Shown here: positions 58,076 through 64,000 of the stretch, one piece after another
Layout of the letters: each line of letters starts with the position of its first letter
How positions within the stretch are numbered: the first letter of the stretch is position 1
Origin: Gemmatimonadaceae bacterium
Lineage (GTDB): Bacteria > Gemmatimonadota > Gemmatimonadetes > Gemmatimonadales > Gemmatimonadaceae
NCBI GenBank assembly: GCA_045803545.1
Contig: JBJMOW010000005.1
Coordinates: 928,001-992,000 of the forward strand
Length of the DNA: 64,000 nucleotides
Reading direction: 5' to 3'
Position numbers and translations under genes: made by a program
Notes under the pieces: model-generated
What the model was told of the DNA's origin: nothing
Database searches by the model: none
Seen by the model: the letters and a program-made list of their open reading frames with translations, nothing else

Positions 58076-58593
58076 CTTACCTCGATCGCGATATCGAGCG
58101 ACACGCAGCCGACGTGGCTGCACTCGTCGCAGAATATGCGGAGGAGGCGATGGCACTCGAAGATTTCCTGGGTGAGGCCCACGCCTTTCGTGAGATCGAG
58201 ATGGAACGCCTGGGCGTGTTCGCGAGCTACCATCCGCCCGCCGGCCGTTTTCTCGTTGCCTATATCGACAATGTTCCTGCCGGCTGTGCAGCGGTGGTGC
58301 GGCGCGACGTCGCCATCGCGGAGCTTCGCCGGGTTTTCGTCCGGCCTCGGTATCGCGGCGGCGGATTCGGTGCCGCACTTGTCACCGGAGCCATTGGCGT
58401 TGCCCGCGACCTCGGCTATCGAACTCTTTATCTCGAGAGTCATCGGTCCATGCACGCCGCACACCGGCGATACGCCGAGGCCGGCTTCGTTCGCGTCCCG
58501 CCGCTGTCGAACTACCCCGATTACTTGCGTGCCGTCGCTGTCTGTATGGCGTTTCAGCTCGACGTTGAAACTACGGCTGGCCAAGTGACGTAA
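58060..58593 (+). CDS. GNAT-family N-acetyltransferase
   Basis: AELRRVFVRPRYRGGGFG, Y..AGF; start uncertain (ATC 58060, CTG 58066 or GTG 58114). Confidence 0.85.
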   Translation: MDLEIAYLDRDIERHAADVAALVAEYAEEAMALEDFLGEAHAFREIEMERLGVFASYHPPAGRFLVAYIDNVPAGCAAVVRRDVAIAELRRVFVRPRYRGGGFGAALVTGAIGVARDLGYRTLYLESHRSMHAAHRRYAEAGFVRVPPLSNYPDYLRAVAVCMAFQLDVETTAGQVT

Positions 58594-58595
58594 GA

Positions 58596-58619
58596 GGTGA
58601 TATGCTGAAGTAGACCACC
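58596..58619 (+). promoter_or_regulatory. Putative YtrA-type operator overlapping an extended -10
   Basis: GGTG-ATATGCTGAAGTAGAC-CACC imperfect palindrome containing TGnTATGCT. Confidence 0.5.
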
Positions 58620-58648
58620 ATGTCACCACCGTTGCACCGGGAGTACCC

Positions 58649-59575
58649 GTGAGCACAAAGGCTTTACTTCTTCTCGACCCGGCGACGCTGATTCCGAAGT
58701 CGTTGCTGATTTGCTGCTTGGCGATCGTTTCGGTGGTCGGCGCTCCGCCGCTCGGTGCGCAGACAGCTGCGGAAGCGTTCGGCGCGGGACGGGCAGCGGT
58801 CCTCGCCGGCGACTACGACAACGCCATTCCCCAGCTCGAGCGCGCCGTCGAACTCAATGAGTCGAATGCCGATTACCACTACTGGCTCGGCCGCGCAGTG
58901 TACGAGGCTGCTCCGCGAGCAAGCAAGCTGCGGATGCCAGGCATGGCGCGCCGCGTCAGAAACGAATGGGAACGGGCGGTGACGCTCGACGGAAATCAGG
59001 TCGATGCACGTGCCGGCCTCGCTGAGTGGTACGCGATGGCGCCGGGATTCATGGGCGGTGACAAGGCCAAAGCGAGAGAGCAGGCGTCGGAGATAGCCAA
59101 ACGAAACCCAATGCGAGGCGCGATGGCGCGCGGCGTCATCGCAAGTCACGAGGACAACTGGCCGGCGGAAGTGGAGGCCTACCAGCAGGCGATTGTCTTC
59201 GCGCCGGATACCGCAGCCGCCTACGTCGCACTCGCCGATGAGTATGCGCGCACGAATCGCATCGATAGTGCGTTCGTCACGATCGCGCGATATGCCTCGC
59301 GAAGGCCAACCGACCCGTGGCGGCTCTACTATTTCGGTCGATTCGCCGGGTCTACGGGCCAGCGACTCGAGGAAGGCGAGCAGGCGCTGCGACAGTTCCT
59401 CGGCGCGCCTCCGCCCGCTCTGACCGCTGCCGGTTTGTCACGCGCGCGCTACTGGCTGGGCAAGATCGCCGAGCGGCGCGGCAATCGGCAGCTGGCGGGC
59501 GAGCAATATCAGAGCGCGCTACAGGCAAATCCGGCCAACTATACAGCGAAACAGGCTTTGGAGGCTCTGAAATGA
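58649..59575 (+). CDS. Exported TPR-repeat protein
   Basis: Signal peptide; TPR motifs; APGFMGGD. Confidence 0.85.
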   Translation: MSTKALLLLDPATLIPKSLLICCLAIVSVVGAPPLGAQTAAEAFGAGRAAVLAGDYDNAIPQLERAVELNESNADYHYWLGRAVYEAAPRASKLRMPGMARRVRNEWERAVTLDGNQVDARAGLAEWYAMAPGFMGGDKAKAREQASEIAKRNPMRGAMARGVIASHEDNWPAEVEAYQQAIVFAPDTAAAYVALADEYARTNRIDSAFVTIARYASRRPTDPWRLYYFGRFAGSTGQRLEEGEQALRQFLGAPPPALTAAGLSRARYWLGKIAERRGNRQLAGEQYQSALQANPANYTAKQALEALK

Positions 59576-59952
59576 ATCCCAACTGGAGCGACGACCACCC
59601 GATCTACCGCCAGCTGCGCGACCGTATAGTCGCGATGATCCTTGAGGGCGCGATCGCCGAGGGCGAAGCAATTCCCTCGGCGCGCACGGTGTCCGCGGAA
59701 TATCGCATCAATCACCTCACGGTCCTGAAGGCGTTTCAGGAGTTATCGGATGAGGGGATAGTGGAAAACCGGCGGGGTGTCGGCTTGTTCGTAAACCCGG
59801 GAGCGCGAGAGCGTCTGTTGCGCAGCGAGCGGCGCCGGTTCCTTGACGATGAATGGCCGCGCATCCGCTCCGTGATTCAGCGGTTGGGGCTGAACCCCGA
59901 AGCGCTGCTTGGATCGAAGACCGCTGCACGCGGAAAAGCGCGAGCCCGATAA
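59572..59952 (+). CDS. GntR-family regulator (YtrA subfamily)
   Basis: WSDDHPIYRQL, INHLTV.KAFQ, RRGVGLFV; ATGA overlap. Confidence 0.92.
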   Translation: MNPNWSDDHPIYRQLRDRIVAMILEGAIAEGEAIPSARTVSAEYRINHLTVLKAFQELSDEGIVENRRGVGLFVNPGARERLLRSERRRFLDDEWPRIRSVIQRLGLNPEALLGSKTAARGKARAR

Positions 59953-59956
59953 CTCT

Positions 59957-60817
59957 ATGACGTGCGTGATTGCTCGCGGTGTTCGCGCGAAGCGAGGTGG
60001 CCGGCCAGTGCTGAATGGGATTGACCTCGAGATAGATCAGGGGCGTGTGGTCGGCGTTATGGGTCTGAACGGCGCCGGGAAATCGACGCTGCTTCAGGCT
60101 CTCGTCGGGCTCGTTCCGGCGGACGGTGAGCTGAGTGTATTGGGTCGTAATCCGTGGCGCGAGCGTGCGGCGCTCATGCGCGAAGTGAGCTTCGTCGCCG
60201 ACGTAGCGATCATACCGCGGTGGTTACGCGTATCGAACGCGCTCGACTATTTCGACGGAGTGCATCCGACGTTCAATCGCGCAAGATCGTATGCACTCCT
60301 CGAGCGCAGCGGCATCGGCCTTCGCGATCGCGTCGGCAGTCTCTCAAAGGGTATGATCGCCCAGCTCCAGCTCGCTCTCGCCATCGGCGGCGACGCTCGC
60401 CTCTTGGTGCTTGACGAGCCAACCCTCGGCCTGGACGCGCTGTACCGCAAACGATTCTTCGACATGCTGCTCGACGGACTCGCGGAAGGAAGACAAACCG
60501 TGATCATTGCCACTCATGAAATAGACGAGATCCAGCACGTGCTCACTGATATCGTGTTCCTGGCCGGCGGTCGCGTGGTGTTCCAGTGCACTTCGGACGA
60601 CCTGGAGGAGCGCTTCGTCGAAATCCACGTCCACCCGGAGCACATCGAGATTGCACGCGCCATGGGACCGATGCACGAACGACCGACCATCGGAGGGAAC
60701 GTTCTCATGTTCGATCGGGGCCAGCGCGATCGGCTCAGTCTCCTTGGTGACTTGCGGCGGCCGAGCGTAGCTGCGCTCTTCGCGGCGCTCGTCAGCAACG
60801 GCGCGAGTGACTCATGA
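59957..60817 (+). CDS. ABC transporter ATP-binding protein
   Basis: GLNGAGKS, LSKGM, LDEPTLGLD. Confidence 0.93.
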   Translation: MTCVIARGVRAKRGGRPVLNGIDLEIDQGRVVGVMGLNGAGKSTLLQALVGLVPADGELSVLGRNPWRERAALMREVSFVADVAIIPRWLRVSNALDYFDGVHPTFNRARSYALLERSGIGLRDRVGSLSKGMIAQLQLALAIGGDARLLVLDEPTLGLDALYRKRFFDMLLDGLAEGRQTVIIATHEIDEIQHVLTDIVFLAGGRVVFQCTSDDLEERFVEIHVHPEHIEIARAMGPMHERPTIGGNVLMFDRGQRDRLSLLGDLRRPSVAALFAALVSNGASDS

Positions 60818-61635
60818 TGAATGCCATGCTCTGGTCAGTGCGGCGTGAGCTGTGGGAACATCGCTGGGCGTGGCTCGTGCCCACCGTGGTTGGCTGCGTC
60901 GCCGTCGCGATCGATACTGCCGTGACCGGTCTCAACGTTACCGGACTTGATGGCGTGACTCGCGCCGCTTCAGCGACTGTCGCCGGTCAACTCTCGACGC
61001 TGCTCGACATCACGATCCGCATCGTGCTGGTCACCGGGACGATCGTGGCGTTCGTCTACTGCGCGGAGGCGCTGAATGGAGAGCGCCGCGACCGCAGCGT
61101 CCTGTTCTGGAACTCGCTGCCCGTGAGTGACGGGATGGCCGTAGCGGCCAAGGCCTGCGTGCCTCTCTGTGTCATCCCCCTGATCATCCTGACCGTGATC
61201 CTGGTGGCACAACTCGCCACGCGTCTCGTCGTCGCCGGACATGGCGTTGTGTTGCGCACACCACTGAACACTCCAGGCAGCGCCGCGGCCGAAGTGTTCG
61301 CGGCGGCGTTATGGACTTCGCCGGTCTACGCGTGGATTCTGCTGGTCTCCGCCCGCGTGCGACGCGCGGTACTGCTCCTCGCATTTCTGCCGTTAATCCT
61401 GATCGCGATGATCGAGCGGTTGGCCTTCGGGCATGGCAGCATCACTGAGGCGTTATTCAATCGTGGCCTCGGCCGCTACTGGACCCCCGGCATGCCGCTA
61501 GCCTCGACGATGGCGAGCTGGCCGGCGCTCGATCTGCTGCGCTCTCCGGCGCTATGGACGGGAGTGGTTCTGGCTTGCCTCACACTCTTCGTCGTCGCGC
61601 ACCAGCGCCGCCGCATTTCTGCTCGAGTCTCCTAA
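60814..61635 (+). CDS. ABC-2 type permease
   Basis: RRELWEHR, ERRDRSVLFWNSLPVSD. Confidence 0.85.
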   Translation: MMNAMLWSVRRELWEHRWAWLVPTVVGCVAVAIDTAVTGLNVTGLDGVTRAASATVAGQLSTLLDITIRIVLVTGTIVAFVYCAEALNGERRDRSVLFWNSLPVSDGMAVAAKACVPLCVIPLIILTVILVAQLATRLVVAGHGVVLRTPLNTPGSAAAEVFAAALWTSPVYAWILLVSARVRRAVLLLAFLPLILIAMIERLAFGHGSITEALFNRGLGRYWTPGMPLASTMASWPALDLLRSPALWTGVVLACLTLFVVAHQRRRISARVS

Positions 61636-61661
61636 AACAAGCCGTTCACCCGGAGCCGCCG

Positions 61662-62426
61662 ATGACCGCCGCCGCACACCCGTACAAACCTGGGTTCTCC
61701 GCACCGATCTCGTCCGCGCGTCCGTCGATGAAGTCTCTCGGCCGGCGCGCGGGCCTGTTGTACCTGCTGCAGTGCCTCCCCGCTCCTTTCGCGCTGCTGT
61801 TCGTGCCCGGCCGCATCTTCGTTGCCGGCGACATCGCCGCGACCGCGGAGCGAGTGCGTGAGAACGCGTTGCTGCTGCGAGCATCAATCGCCACCGAGAT
61901 CGTGATTTGTCTCATCACCATCTTCAGCGCCATCGCCATCTACCGCTTGTTGCGTGAGGTGGATCACTACCTGGCTGTGGTCACGGCGGTACTGATGTGG
62001 ATTGCAGTTCCGATCGAGCTCGCGAATCTCGTGAATAACATGGCGCCTCTAGTTCTGACGAGCGGAAGCACTTACGCATCTGCGTTCAGCACGGAGCAGG
62101 TGAATGGTCTCACCTACCTCTTCCTGCGATTGCACGCGAAGGGGCTCGACGTCGCGCAGGTGTTCTGGGGACTGTGGCTGATTCCGTGGGGCCTGGCAGC
62201 CGTCCGCTCCGGCTTCATGCCGCGCTGGATCGGTGTTGCCATCATGGTTGCGGGCGTTGGCTACATGCTCAATTCGGCGGTGTCAATCATGGTGCCGCAA
62301 CTCAGCCCGGTGTTGTCGAACTACCTGCTCGCGCTCGGCGTCGGCGAGCTCCCTAACATTGTCTGGCTGCTGGGATGGGGCGCACGGGAGCCGCACTTGT
62401 TGAGAGTTCGCTCGACGAGCCTTTGA
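61662..62426 (+). CDS. DUF4386-family membrane protein
   Basis: R.AGLLYL, GDIAATAE, FWGLWL...RSGFMPRWIG. Confidence 0.85.
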   Translation: MTAAAHPYKPGFSAPISSARPSMKSLGRRAGLLYLLQCLPAPFALLFVPGRIFVAGDIAATAERVRENALLLRASIATEIVICLITIFSAIAIYRLLREVDHYLAVVTAVLMWIAVPIELANLVNNMAPLVLTSGSTYASAFSTEQVNGLTYLFLRLHAKGLDVAQVFWGLWLIPWGLAAVRSGFMPRWIGVAIMVAGVGYMLNSAVSIMVPQLSPVLSNYLLALGVGELPNIVWLLGWGAREPHLLRVRSTSL

Positions 62427-62516
62427 CGGGCGCCATCATCTGTATAATGAATTCGCCGATCACTGCCCAGTCACCTGATGATAGCGCGATTCGCGCTTCG
62501 ACTGGAATCAGTTAGG

Positions 62517-62930
62517 TCACGGGGACCAACTACTGCGCAGTTTGACCATTAGTGCGCCTGCCGAATGTCCGCTACCGAGGACCAAAGTCGCTTCGCGAGG
62601 GCTCAGGAGACGAATCTCCTTAACTCTCCCGGCGGCTATGCCGCGCAGCACCTCCGACCCGCCTGCCCGGATTCCGTTGATGTACACCAGTAGTCCAGTG
62701 AAGGATGTGCCGCCAGCCGCGGCGAAGAACTGGGGGCGTAGATGCTCGACAATGTCGTACGCGGTTTCAGCGTTCGCGTACGCCGCCTCGTCTTGAGAGA
62801 TTACGCTGGGTCGCGAGCTCTGCTCAAGCGAGCCGAGGGTTCCAAATCCTCCACAGCCGCTGCCGAAAGTCAGCACGGCGATCAGCGCCAAGTGGACTGG
62901 GACGCCGAGTGTTTGCGAGATTGTATACAC
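62517..62930 (-). CDS. Small lipoprotein resembling an isolated TonB plug-like domain
   Basis: Lipobox GSGC; AYDIVEHLRP, VYING, VKEIRLLS..EAT; GGAGG RBS. Confidence 0.7.
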   Translation of the reverse strand: MYTISQTLGVPVHLALIAVLTFGSGCGGFGTLGSLEQSSRPSVISQDEAAYANAETAYDIVEHLRPQFFAAAGGTSFTGLLVYINGIRAGGSEVLRGIAAGRVKEIRLLSPREATLVLGSGHSAGALMVKLRSSWSP

Positions 62931-63078
62931 CGTTCCTCCAGATCGGGTGTGAGCGCCGATCTAGCATTACGGAAAACTTAGTTTTTAGGTTTCAGAAGCG
63001 AATCGCTTCCCCCGCGGCCGGTAAGGGGGCGAAGGTCGAGCTCGTTCGCCATCATGAGCAGCGCAAAGCGCGACCATC

Positions 63079-63999
63079 TTATTCTACTGCCCCTTGCGAA
63101 GTCGGTATGCGCATCGCGAGCCACTCTCGCACCGTCGTGTAGTAGCTCGGCACGAATCGCTGTAGCGACGGCATCTCGGCGTTATTGCCCACCTTGGCTT
63201 CGAGCATCAAGTGATTCGCCTTGGGTAAAATGCGCAGCGTGTAATCCGTGTTGCCGGCTGTCTTGAGCGCTGAATCCCACGCAGCCGCATTCTTCGCCGC
63301 GAGAATGTTGTTGTCCAGCTCTCCGAACAGGCCGAGCATTGGCACGCGCAGCTGGTGCAAGGTTGGCGTCGGGTCATAGATGTACTGGCGGCGGATGAGA
63401 TCCCAATGCGGGTCATCGCGCTTCGCGGGGAATTGCTCGGGTGGCTGTCCGAGCCGTGCCGCGATCCTCTCGCGGGCGGCGGCGTAATCCTCCCAACCCT
63501 GCCCTGTTCGCGCGAATTGATACTGAAGCTTCATCAGGTTGGTGATGTCGTCCACCGTTTCTGGTTTCATTCCACGCGCGAGCAATTCGTTGTGCGCCTG
63601 ATCGATCGTTGTTTGCTCGGTCGGTATTGCGGCGCCGGAGATGCTGATGATGAAGGCCATGCCGGGCACGCGCACGGCGGCGATCGGCATCACCCAGCCG
63701 GCCTGACTCCAGCCGAGTAGTCCGATTCGCGCGGCATCGATGTCGGGACGCGATTTCAGGTACTCGAATGCGGCTACGACATCGCCGGCCAGATCGTTGA
63801 ACGACGCCGTGCGCCAGTTTCCAGTCGAGCCTCCGACGCCGCGCTTGTCGTAACCGAGGATCGCGAAACCGCGCCGCACCAGGAAGTGGGCGAATGGTAG
63901 CAGGTAGTCGCGATCCTCGGCGCCCGAAGCGTGCACGAGAATTATTGCGGGGTGCTTGCCGCCGGTCCTCGGGATGGTGAGGGTGCCCGCGAGCTTTAC
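63079..63999 (-). CDS. Alpha/beta hydrolase (5' end outside the window)
   Basis: LAGTL..P, YDKRGVG, GWSQAG nucleophile elbow, ANH. Confidence 0.9.
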   Translation of the reverse strand, partial: VKLAGTLTIPRTGGKHPAIILVHASGAEDRDYLLPFAHFLVRRGFAILGYDKRGVGGSTGNWRTASFNDLAGDVVAAFEYLKSRPDIDAARIGLLGWSQAGWVMPIAAVRVPGMAFIISISGAAIPTEQTTIDQAHNELLARGMKPETVDDITNLMKLQYQFARTGQGWEDYAAARERIAARLGQPPEQFPAKRDDPHWDLIRRQYIYDPTPTLHQLRVPMLGLFGELDNNILAAKNAAAWDSALKTAGNTDYTLRILPKANHLMLEAKVGNNAEMPSLQRFVPSYYTTVREWLAMRIPTSQGAVE

Positions 64000-64000
64000 G

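Noticed and set aside
62423..62448. TTGACG...TATAAT antisense promoter
   Set aside because: Spacer is only 14 nt
62455..62517. Second attC candidate (minus-strand ACCTAAC plus hairpin)
   Set aside because: No matching GTT box; more simply a hairpin between convergent genes

Overview
High-GC bacterial genomic window with about 68 protein-coding genes. The gene repertoire (Oar-like TonB-dependent receptor with a helical C-terminal tail, many short lipoproteins, DUF4386 paralogs) suggests a soil Gemmatimonadota-like organism; this is inference only. I found no rRNA, tRNA, CRISPR array, integrase or transposase. Main content: a coupled methyltransferase / ATL / ATP-dependent ligase / flavin amine oxidase run, a PQQ dehydrogenase, two YtrA-type GntR-ABC operons, hybrid kinases, a LytS/LytTR pair, a desaturase pair, a RidA/PhzF/tautomerase cluster and an AraC-linked DUF4386 region. 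Best leads: (1) a heme-oxygenase-like diiron enzyme directly upstream of a soluble PAS-PAS hybrid kinase and divergent from an HD-GYP response regulator, a possible signal synthase/sensor/c-di-GMP module; (2) a ~250-nt highly structured intergenic element with its own + strand terminator (candidate sRNA), divergent from LytS/LytTR and convergent with a small orphan gene; (3) a 17-bp motif at four local promoters defining a likely AraC regulon; (4) a cysteine-free Asp/Glu racemase homolog; (5) leaderless promoters and several apparent near-cognate start codons. All family calls come from motif recognition by eye, not database searches.
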